Virus record (IMG/VR): IMGVR_UViG_3300030108_002876
Location: 1,510 to 65,509 of that record
Strand: one strand, 5' to 3'
Origin: a virus
Lineage: Duplodnaviria > Caudoviricetes
DNA: 64,000 bases
The position numbers and the translations under genes were made by a program. The notes below the pieces were generated by a model, which saw only the letters and a program-made list of their open reading frames with translations, was not told where the DNA came from and made no database searches. Positions 39,578 to 49,004 of the stretch are shown here, one piece after another (position 1 is the stretch's first letter; each line of letters starts with the position of its first letter).

Positions 39578-41950
39578 TTACGTTCCTATTTGTGGATTAA
39601 AATCATCTAATCTAATTCCTCCCTCAAGTACATCATTACCTGAAGATTCAAACTTTTTACTTGTTTGCTTTACTTTTTCTCGCTTATCTTTTCCAGCTTC
39701 TTTCATACTTTCTATTCTTTCATTAGAAGCTCGCTCTTGATCACGAAGCATACTGTTCAACTCAAACTCGTATTGCATTAGTTCTTTTTTAAGTCTAACT
39801 TCTTCTTGAAGGTAAGAAAGTTTGTTAGAAGATCTTAAAGATTCTACTTGCATGTCTGCTTCAGTTTTTGCCTGATTTTTTTGTATCTCAGCTTGAGCAG
39901 CGGCTTGTTGAGCTTGCGCATTTGCTTGCGCTTGGGCCTGCATGTTTTGTTGTTGGATTTTTTGATCTCGCTCTTGTTTTTGCTTGCGCTTTATTTTTAA
40001 AAGTTTATTTGCTAAGGTTACGTTGCGAACCTCTCTAATATCTATAGCGTCATCTAGATCTATTAATTGTTGAGCTAAAGCAGTTTGAATATTATTTTCT
40101 AATAATTGTTTTTGCTCTTCGTCTGGCTCTAACTCTATAAATATACCAAAGTCATATAAATATAATTCTGTCATTTCAGAAAGCGTAGCTACGTTGTGTG
40201 ATCCTAATGCTTGAGCAAACGCGTCTGCTGTTGGAGAGTACTCTAATATATCTGATATTCTTAGTGATAGTGATTCAGCGACAGAAGCTGTTAGATACAT
40301 AGACGACAAAAGTATATGTCGTGTAGCTACGTTTGAATTAGCCGCTGCTAGTTTTTGTACACCTACTAAAGATTTAGGGTCAGGTAAACTACCGTCACGA
40401 GCTTCATTTAAACCCGTAACATCACGTATCATTTGTAAATAATAATTGTAAGTATTAATAAGACTCTGTATCTTGCCTTGACCTGTACCATTAGCTATTT
40501 GTTGAATAGGCACTTTACCAGGATTAGGATCTCCATCTGCAGTTAAACTTCTACCAATAACACTACCAGTTTGGAAGAACATGTTAAGAGCTTCTTGTGG
40601 ATTATAGTTTGTTCCGTTACCAAGATCAACTTCAGCAATACCATCTACGTCAAGATATACACCATCTGGTACCATGCGTGACATTACTTGTTGTAGCTTT
40701 AAGTGTGTAAGTTGAATCATATCAGCAAACCCAGTTATTCTACTAACTAAAGACTCTATTTTATTATTGTACATACGTGGCGCAACAAGACTGTAATTCA
40801 TTTTAACTTTGTTAAAATCAGACTTTGATCGTATCATGTTATCGCACATACGCCACTGCAGCAGCCTGTCTGTACCTAATACTATAGCACCTTCAAAAAC
40901 AACTTCTACAGCTCTTTGAATTTTAGCAAAGTTTACTTGCTTGTCTTTAGGTGGGTTAAAGCTTTCATCTTTTTGTATAGCTTTTTCTCCACCAGACTTT
41001 GTTTCTTTAATCTTATAAACGTCGTTCATATACGTTTTATGATTAAAGTAAAGTATTTGTATTTTATTTTGATCTCTAACTTCTAATCTATTATATCTTC
41101 CTCTAGGTCTGTAAGAGCTTTTTTTAATCGACTCTAAATCTTGTTCTGTTAGATGGGGATATTGTCTTACTAGCTCGTTTATAGATATTGTTTTTACTTC
41201 TCCAACGTAGTATATATCTTCAAAATATGGAGAGTCACTATAGGAATATACTATATTAGCCGGATCTACATAATCAATAGTAACGCCATCACTTGTATTA
41301 AACCCTGTTTTTACGCACGCAATGCCTAGTACAGTTAAATCGTATAGTAGTCTACGTCTAGTTAAGTCGTATTTATTTCCATCAAGTAATACGTTGATCG
41401 CCTGCTCTTCAGCTAACTCTACAGCTTGTTTGTAGTTAAGCTGCATGTGTAACTCTAACTCTTCCTTTGTCTCTGGCAGTGTGTCTTTGTTGCTTTTATA
41501 AACATCAACGCCAAACATATCTTTTGCTTTGTCGTTGAACTTTTTAGTTGCCATGTCATCTACCATAGCTTGCATGTAAGCAGTTCTTTTAGCTACGCCG
41601 TATTGATCTTGAGAGTAAGCTTTAACGTTAAACATACGTTCAGACATACCGTTAACAACTATATCTACAAATTTAGGTATAATTGGAACTGGCTTCCAGT
41701 CAAGGTTTAAATATGATAAATCACCATTAATAGATAATTCATCTTTATACTTTTGAACAGACTGTTCACCTCTAGCGTATAATCTAAGCATATGGTACTT
41801 GTCTTGAGTATCCATATATCTATTAGAGTGTATACCATTGAACCACTCTTGCTCAATAGCGTAAGCTACTTTAAGCCCATACTCTGGACTTATTTTCTCT
41901 AAATCACTTACGATTTGAGATGGAAAATTAACATATACTTGTTGAGCCAT
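39578..41950 (-). CDS. portal protein
   Basis: 790 aa after the terminase; PIIPKFVDIVV segment and Gln-rich C-terminal coiled coil typical of podoviral portals. Confidence 0.8.
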   Translation of the reverse strand: MAQQVYVNFPSQIVSDLEKISPEYGLKVAYAIEQEWFNGIHSNRYMDTQDKYHMLRLYARGEQSVQKYKDELSINGDLSYLNLDWKPVPIIPKFVDIVVNGMSERMFNVKAYSQDQYGVAKRTAYMQAMVDDMATKKFNDKAKDMFGVDVYKSNKDTLPETKEELELHMQLNYKQAVELAEEQAINVLLDGNKYDLTRRRLLYDLTVLGIACVKTGFNTSDGVTIDYVDPANIVYSYSDSPYFEDIYYVGEVKTISINELVRQYPHLTEQDLESIKKSSYRPRGRYNRLEVRDQNKIQILYFNHKTYMNDVYKIKETKSGGEKAIQKDESFNPPKDKQVNFAKIQRAVEVVFEGAIVLGTDRLLQWRMCDNMIRSKSDFNKVKMNYSLVAPRMYNNKIESLVSRITGFADMIQLTHLKLQQVMSRMVPDGVYLDVDGIAEVDLGNGTNYNPQEALNMFFQTGSVIGRSLTADGDPNPGKVPIQQIANGTGQGKIQSLINTYNYYLQMIRDVTGLNEARDGSLPDPKSLVGVQKLAAANSNVATRHILLSSMYLTASVAESLSLRISDILEYSPTADAFAQALGSHNVATLSEMTELYLYDFGIFIELEPDEEQKQLLENNIQTALAQQLIDLDDAIDIREVRNVTLANKLLKIKRKQKQERDQKIQQQNMQAQAQANAQAQQAAAQAEIQKNQAKTEADMQVESLRSSNKLSYLQEEVRLKKELMQYEFELNSMLRDQERASNERIESMKEAGKDKREKVKQTSKKFESSGNDVLEGGIRLDDFNPQIGT

Positions 41951-44169
41951 TATTTTAGTATTCTAGAGTTAAAGCCCTCGTTATTATATTTTGCTATATT
42001 CAAGTTCACTGATGTTCTTTGTACTTTAGGATTTGGTGCGTACAAATGTCTGTTGCAAGCCATTATAGCTAGCCCAGAACTTATTGACGCATCAAACTTA
42101 GTTCTTCTGTTTATATCAAACTTAGACCAATCGTTTAGAGTTTCGTTAAAATACATAGTGCCATATTCTCCGTCTCCAATATGTCCTACGTGATTTTGTA
42201 TATACATTTCAATTGCAGCAGCGTGAGCTTGTTTAATGTCTTCACTTGAGTTTGGTATACCACCAACTTCTTTTTCTGCAACAGATAATTTTTTCCAAGA
42301 TTTATCTGGCCTATTCATACTGTACCCTCTGTAGCCTCTACGCCTTAAGTAATACAGTAATCTAGGTTTATTGTTCTCTGCAAGCAAAGGCATGCCGTAA
42401 AAAACTAGTGCCATTAAAACGTCTTCAAAGAACATCTCTGCGGTTTGTGGTCTAGCTATATATTCTAAGAAAAAAGTATTCGAAGGTACTTCTTCCATAG
42501 AAAATTTTGTTAACCCGTGTAAAGCTCCTTTAGAACCGCGACCATCAACCGTGCCGCTGATATCGTAACTATCACAACCAAAGGCGCCAACATGATCGTT
42601 GCCAGGATATTTAATTCCATTTTTTATTATTTGTTTATTCTGCAAGTGAGCTGGAGGTACCCAACTTACTTTAAACCTACCAGTTGGATCAGGGTGGAAT
42701 ACTACTTGTGTATCTTTAACACCATTAATCCAACCGAAACTTCCTACTGTAGTATGAGCGTTGTATCTACTACCTTCGTTAAAATCTATTTGCTCATATA
42801 TTTTAATTAAGTTAAATATACTATTTTTAGTTTCATCTCTAAACGCATGCTCTTCAGTGCGTGGAAACTGTCTGTAAAATTCGTTTAAAGCATCTTGATC
42901 ATCACGTAATCCATCAGCTTCGTTTTCCCAGTGATCAATAACACCTACATCTATTAATTCACCATCTGGTCCGCGTCTAACATCATCACTTCCACAATTA
43001 AAGACTGGAAGTCCGTATTCGTCAATAAATCCTTCATAGTTCCATTCCATTGGGATAAAGAGAGAATATAAGCCAGACTTCGTTTGTCCATTACGATTTC
43101 TTCGCGTGACGTCAGAATCATTGTATAGTTTTTTAAAGTTATCTCCACCTTTGTCAAGTGCGTTACTAGTACTACCCATTAAGCACTTACCAACGATTTT
43201 ACTACCTAGTCTTAAACAAGTTTTAGTAACTCGCCAGTTGTTTAATATGTTATCAGGTCTTTCCCATTTACCACTCTCATCATGAACTAGTAAACTTAGC
43301 TTTTCACCATCATAGCTATTGTCACCAGTATTTTTCCAGTCGATTGTAGTATCAAGACCTACTATTTCTTCAAGCTGCTCGTTAGTTTGTATTTTCTTAC
43401 GAGTAAACTTACTAGCCGGAACTCTATACGCAAGCTCAGACTTTGGACGATCCATACCATCTTGTATCGGCTTGAAAAAGAAAGGGTAGTTTAAAGATAT
43501 AGGTACAACTTTATCAGTAAACATTTTCTTTGCATCGGCACCAGACTTAGAGAGTATCCCATATCTACTATCACTCGATATAGTGGCTAAGTTAACTGTC
43601 TCAGCTGATGACATAAACGAGAAACCTGAACGACGGTTTTTAAGGTAGCACATCCCATAGCATCTCTTATCAGCTTTACAAGCTTCCCAGAATATAAAGA
43701 ATAGTCTGTTCGCCTCTCTAAAGTCTGGAGCTCCAACATCAATTTTGCTCCATTGCAGGTACATATAATGTGCACCTGTTATATATGTCGGTACGCCTTT
43801 ATTAACAAACCAAAAGCCTTCGTCTCTACGTTTAAACTCTTCGTCAATATAGTCGTACCACTTTTCTTTTTGTTCGTCTGGATAATCTCTCCAGTCGAAT
43901 ATATTTTTTATACGCTTAAGTTCTTTTGGATACTCAGTCTTTACCCATTTGTCTTCTTTATGTTTAAACACATTAGAGGCGGGCACACGCGGCAATGCGA
44001 TCTGCAACCCTTGTATTTCAATGACTTCTCCGATTTGTCCAGTCTTTGATATAACAACGATATCATGGTCTTTATCATAACCGTATTTCCATTTTTTACC
44101 ACGATTAAGTCTCGTGACAGTTGTTTTCTTAATTGGTTCTACAACTTTTACTAAACTCTGTTCGTACAT
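41950..44169 (-). CDS. terminase large subunit
   Basis: Walker A LKNRRSGFS, Walker B LLVHDESGKW, nuclease FGCD and KFDASIS. Confidence 0.88.
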   Translation of the reverse strand: MYEQSLVKVVEPIKKTTVTRLNRGKKWKYGYDKDHDIVVISKTGQIGEVIEIQGLQIALPRVPASNVFKHKEDKWVKTEYPKELKRIKNIFDWRDYPDEQKEKWYDYIDEEFKRRDEGFWFVNKGVPTYITGAHYMYLQWSKIDVGAPDFREANRLFFIFWEACKADKRCYGMCYLKNRRSGFSFMSSAETVNLATISSDSRYGILSKSGADAKKMFTDKVVPISLNYPFFFKPIQDGMDRPKSELAYRVPASKFTRKKIQTNEQLEEIVGLDTTIDWKNTGDNSYDGEKLSLLVHDESGKWERPDNILNNWRVTKTCLRLGSKIVGKCLMGSTSNALDKGGDNFKKLYNDSDVTRRNRNGQTKSGLYSLFIPMEWNYEGFIDEYGLPVFNCGSDDVRRGPDGELIDVGVIDHWENEADGLRDDQDALNEFYRQFPRTEEHAFRDETKNSIFNLIKIYEQIDFNEGSRYNAHTTVGSFGWINGVKDTQVVFHPDPTGRFKVSWVPPAHLQNKQIIKNGIKYPGNDHVGAFGCDSYDISGTVDGRGSKGALHGLTKFSMEEVPSNTFFLEYIARPQTAEMFFEDVLMALVFYGMPLLAENNKPRLLYYLRRRGYRGYSMNRPDKSWKKLSVAEKEVGGIPNSSEDIKQAHAAAIEMYIQNHVGHIGDGEYGTMYFNETLNDWSKFDINRRTKFDASISSGLAIMACNRHLYAPNPKVQRTSVNLNIAKYNNEGFNSRILK

Positions 44170-44447
44170 TACTTAGATCTACCTTCAGCAAAACCCTTGA
44201 AGACACGCTCTTTCTTTTCTTCTGGAGACTTACCATCTAGTAAGTTTTGTTCTTCTTGGATTCTAGCTAATATCTCAAAAGCATCAAAGATCGCAAGCTT
44301 CTTAGTAGCAGCAGCGTTTTTAAGTCTATCAGCAGATACATCATCTTCAGTGTTAGTGATGATTTTTTCTTCTGCTACTTTGATAAGCTCGTTAACAGCT
44401 ATCTGCCCAGCTTGGATTATACTCTTCTTCGTTTCCTTGATATTCAT
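44169..44447 (-). CDS. putative terminase small subunit
   Basis: Helical ORF of about 92 aa coupled to the large subunit gene; likely start MNIKETKK. Confidence 0.45.
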   Translation of the reverse strand: MNIKETKKSIIQAGQIAVNELIKVAEEKIITNTEDDVSADRLKNAAATKKLAIFDAFEILARIQEEQNLLDGKSPEEKKERVFKGFAEGRSK

Positions 44448-44982
44448 ATTTAATTGTAATAAATTGAGACGGTATACGATATAAACGTTTACCGTCAATT
44501 ACGAACTCACACTCTATGTTTGGCTTAAAACCTATAAGAGAGTTTAGCTCTGCTCTGCCATCAGTATGTTTTACAATACCAACTAAAGGTTTTTCAGTAT
44601 CAACACTTAGCTTGCTATTGTCTTTAATAGGTTGTACAAAGCAATAACCTTTTGGGCATAGCCAATTGTTATCACGCTTGTACAAAAATATTTGATCATC
44701 ATTTACAAAGTATTTATTTTCTTCATAATATGACCTACTATTACGCTCTCGACCTTTTACATCATGCCAACGTCTAAATACGTTAAAGTGAACTATAACT
44801 GTATCACCAACTTGTATTTCTGTATTGCCTAACTTTGGTATAGATATAACTTTAGCAAGCCTATTAACGTGATGATGATTAAACACATCAGTGTTAAGTA
44901 TTAGTTCTTTATCACCTACTTTTGTAGTATTGTTGTATCTTTCACCTATAGGCTCTACAACAAAGTTGTAAAGCGCTTGCAT
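44392..44982 (-). CDS. GroES-like fold protein (possibly a duplicated domain)
   Basis: MQALYNFVVEP...VGDTVIVH and a second YCFVQP...GIVKH segment resembling cpn10 barrels. Confidence 0.5.
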   Translation of the reverse strand: MQALYNFVVEPIGERYNNTTKVGDKELILNTDVFNHHHVNRLAKVISIPKLGNTEIQVGDTVIVHFNVFRRWHDVKGRERNSRSYYEENKYFVNDDQIFLYKRDNNWLCPKGYCFVQPIKDNSKLSVDTEKPLVGIVKHTDGRAELNSLIGFKPNIECEFVIDGKRLYRIPSQFITIKYEYQGNEEEYNPSWADSC

Positions 44983-45203
44983 TAGTATTCTAGATTATAT
45001 TCTACAGATATAGCCATATTCTTGTTGAAGTCTTTCCAAGGAATAACAGCTTTGTCTTTTCTAATATATATAGAATACTTTTCAGTTTCTTCTAAAATGT
45101 CACAAATGGTATGACCGCCATACACTTCCTGTCCAACAGAATAGTGCATAGCGTCGTTTTTATAGTCTTTACCAATCGTGATCTTACGAATCAGATGGCT
45201 CAT
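44982..45203 (-). CDS. hypothetical protein
   Basis: 73-aa coupled ORF. Confidence 0.6.
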   Translation of the reverse strand: MSHLIRKITIGKDYKNDAMHYSVGQEVYGGHTICDILEETEKYSIYIRKDKAVIPWKDFNKNMAISVEYNLEY

Positions 45204-45462
45204 CTTTTTTGTAGTTAATTGTACCGTCTTGAATATTTATGTCATCACAACCGTACTGTTCATTAAATTGTAATTGCATTTCATTGAGTCTTTCGTTACC
45301 TTGAAATAAAGCGTGAAGAGCGCTGTGTTTCTGTACCTCCATTACTCCAATGTCAAACTGAAGTTTATTAATTGCAGAAACTACGTTTTGCAGTTGCTTT
45401 AATTCTTCTTCAGAAATCTTTTCTGGTTTTAGGTCAATGACCTTTTCTTTCTTTTTTCCCAT
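45184..45462 (-). CDS. hypothetical coiled-coil protein
   Basis: 92-aa ORF. Confidence 0.6.
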   Translation of the reverse strand: MGKKKEKVIDLKPEKISEEELKQLQNVVSAINKLQFDIGVMEVQKHSALHALFQGNERLNEMQLQFNEQYGCDDINIQDGTINYKKDEPSDS

Positions 45463-45489
45463 AATTAAATTGTATTAAATTAAAATTGT

Positions 45490-45711
45490 TTATTGTAAAT
45501 ACCAGTCACTACTGGTGTCTGATTGCATTGTTTGAACTTGAGATTCTGTGTAAGAATCGTAAGAACTTAAGCTAGCTGGTAAAGAATCATCAAACTTAAG
45601 CATAACTCTTTTAGGGTTTTTAGCTGTATCAACAAAATTGTTTAAAATAAAATCTACTTTGTCAGCGTGATTTTCAAGTTCGGTTTCAGTGAGTATTGTG
45701 TATATAGCCAT
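45490..45711 (-). CDS. hypothetical protein
   Basis: 73-aa ORF. Confidence 0.55.
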   Translation of the reverse strand: MAIYTILTETELENHADKVDFILNNFVDTAKNPKRVMLKFDDSLPASLSSYDSYTESQVQTMQSDTSSDWYLQ

Positions 45712-45713
45712 TG

Positions 45714-46451
45714 TTAAGGTGTTGTTGTTGAGAAAGCAGCATCAGCTCTAAGAGTTCCATTACTATTACCTGCTTCATCATCAGTGCTGTTGTTCATCTT
45801 GTAGTAAAGATGTAAGTGGTCATGACCAGTTATATCTGTAGGAGCTCCGCCTCCGCCTATATCAGATATTTCACTATCTTCAAGGGCAGCATCAAAAAAC
45901 GCACACTCATCAATAAAACCATCAATAGGTGTAGTTGCAGTGCCAGCTCCATTTTGGAACCCTCCAAATCCTAGATTAATAGATGAAGTATACTGATTGT
46001 GATTAGATATACTTACCGCTAGAGTTAAAGTTCCAGCTATTTCGCTACCATTAACGTATATAGCATACGCTGTGTTACCTCCAGTCTCTGTTACTTTAGC
46101 TGCTACATGAGTCCAGTCAGTCGCTCCATCACTAAAAGTAACACCGTCTGCATTGTATAGTGCTATATCAGAATTTGCTTGATGTATAAAACTAAGTTTT
46201 CCAGTAGGATTTACAGCAAAGCCAATAATATTACCTGAAGTGCTTGCTCCAGCTATGTATTGTACAACACTAGGTTGGCCGTCGTCTAACTTAATCCACG
46301 CTGAAATAGTGAAGCTATTTCTAATCTGAGTTTGCAGCGTTGTATTAGTATCAAAAAAATCTCCACTTCCGTCTAAAACAACAGAGTGAGAGTTTGCATA
46401 TCCAGAGTCGAGTACATACGGTGACGCTAAACTAGCTCCTAAACCTAGCAT
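45714..46451 (-). CDS. LamG/concanavalin A-like lectin domain protein
   Basis: FTISAWIK, WTHVA, IYVNG and GFIDECAFFDAAL motifs. Confidence 0.8.
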   Translation of the reverse strand: MLGLGASLASPYVLDSGYANSHSVVLDGSGDFFDTNTTLQTQIRNSFTISAWIKLDDGQPSVVQYIAGASTSGNIIGFAVNPTGKLSFIHQANSDIALYNADGVTFSDGATDWTHVAAKVTETGGNTAYAIYVNGSEIAGTLTLAVSISNHNQYTSSINLGFGGFQNGAGTATTPIDGFIDECAFFDAALEDSEISDIGGGGAPTDITGHDHLHLYYKMNNSTDDEAGNSNGTLRADAAFSTTTP

Positions 46452-46849
46452 TACTCTCCTATGTAGGCTACGATGTGACCAGAGTTAACATCTATTTCTG
46501 TCCAACGACCGTAGATAGTAACTCCTTTAGGAAACGTTACTGAATCTACAACTTTACCGCCAGTACCTTCAGTAGCGGTTTCAGCTCCAGCGTCTAAATC
46601 GTGAGCTGGCTCTTCTGTAGAAATATATATATCTCCAGTTAAAGTACTTGGATCTGTAGCGCTAGCGCCTGGTACACGTACTCTTTCTGCTACTAAACCA
46701 CCGGAAGCATCAAATACTGTGTCAGCTAACATTGTTATAGCTACAAACACTTTACCACTTGGAGGATTAATTTCCTCACTAGAAGCAGTGGTGTAAACAC
46801 TACCTAATTGTCCGAAGCCATATGAGACCTCTGTTGAATTAATTCCCAT
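46451..46849 (-). CDS. hypothetical structural protein
   Basis: 132-aa beta-rich ORF with FPKGVTIYG. Confidence 0.55.
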   Translation of the reverse strand: MGINSTEVSYGFGQLGSVYTTASSEEINPPSGKVFVAITMLADTVFDASGGLVAERVRVPGASATDPSTLTGDIYISTEEPAHDLDAGAETATEGTGGKVVDSVTFPKGVTIYGRWTEIDVNSGHIVAYIGE

Positions 46850-46850
46850 T

Positions 46851-47282
46851 TTATTTTTTTACTTTTTCTATAGATCTACCAGCAAAGTACGCACCAAAAG
46901 CGGTAAGCATAAGTATCTGTAGTAAGTCTACATATGAATCTTTAACATTGAAAGGTAATGTATCTACGCTATCAAAAACCATTGTTAGCATGAACATACC
47001 CATTAGACATATAAGCGTTAGTGGTCTTATAAGCTTAGCTAGCTTTACATCGCTACCCATATCAGCTTTCCATCTTTCGCTTACATTATTTTGAAAAGCA
47101 ACCTCAGCATCTACAGCAGCCATGCCTGCCTCTGTGTCTACTTCAGGATCTTTATCAATAAGGTTTTTAACTATACCTAACGCTCCTTGATCTGGTAGAA
47201 AGTCTCCTACTACATCAAGCACATTTGGCGCTTTGTTAGCTAGCCATTTACCTAGGCCTGTTTCTTTAATTTTTTTCGGCAT
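46851..47282 (-). CDS. putative holin (GTA 3TM holin-like)
   Basis: RWKADM...IRPLTL, two clear TM helices, AYFAGRSIEK C-terminus. Confidence 0.7.
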   Translation of the reverse strand: MPKKIKETGLGKWLANKAPNVLDVVGDFLPDQGALGIVKNLIDKDPEVDTEAGMAAVDAEVAFQNNVSERWKADMGSDVKLAKLIRPLTLICLMGMFMLTMVFDSVDTLPFNVKDSYVDLLQILMLTAFGAYFAGRSIEKVKK

Positions 47283-47643
47283 CTATTGCTACTTTTTCCC
47301 ATGGAAAAGACTTGTCGCCTTCTTCTTTCCACTTACCATTATACTTAATCATACCGCTTTTTCTAGCGTATGTCTTGCCTTCCCATCTTACATAGTCATC
47401 ACCAAACGCGGCTCTACCGCTTTGTAAATCTTTTACGTGTTGAGCTTCGTGTTTTATAACTCTGTCGTACTGAGGCGTACCTTTTTTAATATCGTCGTCT
47501 ACGACAACTTTATTAGGATAAGCTTCACCCATAACTCCAGGCCCAAGCTCTTTGTGTTCTACTTTAAACTGTAAAGACTTTTTTAGCTTACCGCCTGACG
47601 CTATGCCTGGTAAAGGTTTATATTTGCCAAGCTTAAAAGCCAT
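47266..47643 (-). CDS. small zincin-like metallopeptidase with MAFKL N-terminus
   Basis: VIKHEAQH (HExxH) and a distal PWEKVA Glu. Confidence 0.6.
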   Translation of the reverse strand: MAFKLGKYKPLPGIASGGKLKKSLQFKVEHKELGPGVMGEAYPNKVVVDDDIKKGTPQYDRVIKHEAQHVKDLQSGRAAFGDDYVRWEGKTYARKSGMIKYNGKWKEEGDKSFPWEKVAIDAEKN

Positions 47644-48095
47644 TATTTAACGTCGTATGTTTTACCGTCTACTTCAAAAGTTTTAGCTCCTTTTTCTCTA
47701 GCGTCGTTTAATGCTCCAATAAAAGCATTAGCTTGCATAGGTGACATTTTTTTCATAGCTGAAGTCATTTTCATAGCAGCGTCTTGAGTAAGCTTCATGT
47801 GAGACATATCCATAGCTGAGTCTTCTTTAAGCTTCATATGAGACATGTCCATAGCTGAATCTTTTTTAAGCTTCATATGAGACATATTCATAGCACCATG
47901 AGCATGATCCATTGGTGACTTATCCATTGGTGACTTCATCTTCTTAGGTGAGTGACCCATATCCATAGGTGATTTATCCATAGGTGATTTATCCATAGGA
48001 GATTTGTCCATAGGTGATTTAAGTCTCATGCTAGATATACCTCTATCATTTTGTACCTTGTCGTACATCGCTGTACCTTTCATTTTAAACGGCAT
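47643..48095 (-). CDS. Met/His-rich repeat protein with MPFKMKG N-terminus
   Basis: KSPMD x6 and SAMDMSHMKL repeats; C-terminal AR..G.KTF...GKTY segment. Confidence 0.75.
   Translation of the reverse strand: MPFKMKGTAMYDKVQNDRGISSMRLKSPMDKSPMDKSPMDKSPMDMGHSPKKMKSPMDKSPMDHAHGAMNMSHMKLKKDSAMDMSHMKLKEDSAMDMSHMKLTQDAAMKMTSAMKKMSPMQANAFIGALNDAREKGAKTFEVDGKTYDVK
47785..48020 (-). repeat. intragenic tandem repeats (15-nt KSPMD units and 39-nt DSAMDMSHMKLxx units)
   Basis: tccataggtgattt-type units repeated on the + strand; boundaries approximate. Confidence 0.8.
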
Positions 48096-48096
48096 G

Positions 48097-48537
48097 TTAT
48101 CTTTCTTTATCTCGTATCATATCGTCTATTGCTTTGTTGTAGACTTTATCTGTATACGATTTGTTGTTATAAAAAATGCTACGTTCAGAAGTTGGTAGAT
48201 CTTCTTCGCCAAGCAATATGCGATATATTCGTGTCACTAGCTGTGAGCATTTAAACGACGTTTTAAATACAGAGTACTTAATACTTGTTCTGTTTCTATG
48301 TCGCCAAACTTCTATCCAGCCAGCTGATCGTAGTTTCTCCCACCTTTTCTTATCCCAAGAATATGTGTAAGCACCCTCGATAAATTCGTTTCGGGTAAAT
48401 CTACCCTTATGATCTAAATATATAAGTAATTCTAGATCAGCGTCAGTTAATCCATAAGTCTTACAGGCCCACTTACGCGTGAGCCTGTAGTACTTAAGGA
48501 TATTCATATCACGCAAATCATGCGCTGATAATCTCAT
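48097..48537 (-). CDS. putative winged-helix DNA-binding protein
   Basis: YGLTDADLELLIYL...KLRSAGWI, a MarR-like pattern. Confidence 0.5.
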   Translation of the reverse strand: MRLSAHDLRDMNILKYYRLTRKWACKTYGLTDADLELLIYLDHKGRFTRNEFIEGAYTYSWDKKRWEKLRSAGWIEVWRHRNRTSIKYSVFKTSFKCSQLVTRIYRILLGEEDLPTSERSIFYNNKSYTDKVYNKAIDDMIRDKER

Positions 48538-48538
48538 A

Positions 48539-48976
48539 TTATATTGCTCCGTCTACACTATTTTCAATGTGCTGCACAGACAATATGTCTTTGTGTATGT
48601 AAACAGGTTGACGTGTTGTACCATCAGCATCAGTAGTAGAGTCATCTGCTATGATTGTAATGCCATCATGATGAGGTCCTCTATTAACTGCTTGAACTAA
48701 AGCTTGCATCACTTCTTTTCCTTTACCAGCAGTGATGTTTAAAATAACGTACCCGTTACTACCGTCTACTCCATCTTCAGCACCATCATTTTGGTGAACG
48801 TTTCCTTTATTCATACCTTCAAAGTATATAATCATACGTTGATTTGAAGAATGCATCAGAAACCCACAAAGACTTGACACTGGGATTAGTATAGAATCTC
48901 CAGTTCCATCGTCATCATCTTCATCAGCTTGGTTTCTAAAGTACCAGAATCTGTCTGTATATTTTGATTTTGTCAT
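48539..48976 (-). CDS. hypothetical protein, paralogue of the N-terminus of 49005-49901
   Basis: Shared YFR..AD.D.DDG and I.AGK..EVM.A..QAVN...IADD motifs. Confidence 0.7.
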   Translation of the reverse strand: MTKSKYTDRFWYFRNQADEDDDDGTGDSILIPVSSLCGFLMHSSNQRMIIYFEGMNKGNVHQNDGAEDGVDGSNGYVILNITAGKGKEVMQALVQAVNRGPHHDGITIIADDSTTDADGTTRQPVYIHKDILSVQHIENSVDGAI

Positions 48977-49004
48977 AGTTTCTATTTTTTTTATTTATTA
49001 TCAA

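Noticed and set aside
39570-39605. TTTAA-N13-ACGTAA upstream of the scaffold gene as a fifth late promoter
   Set aside because: Both boxes deviate from the four-copy consensus; too weak to call without TSS data
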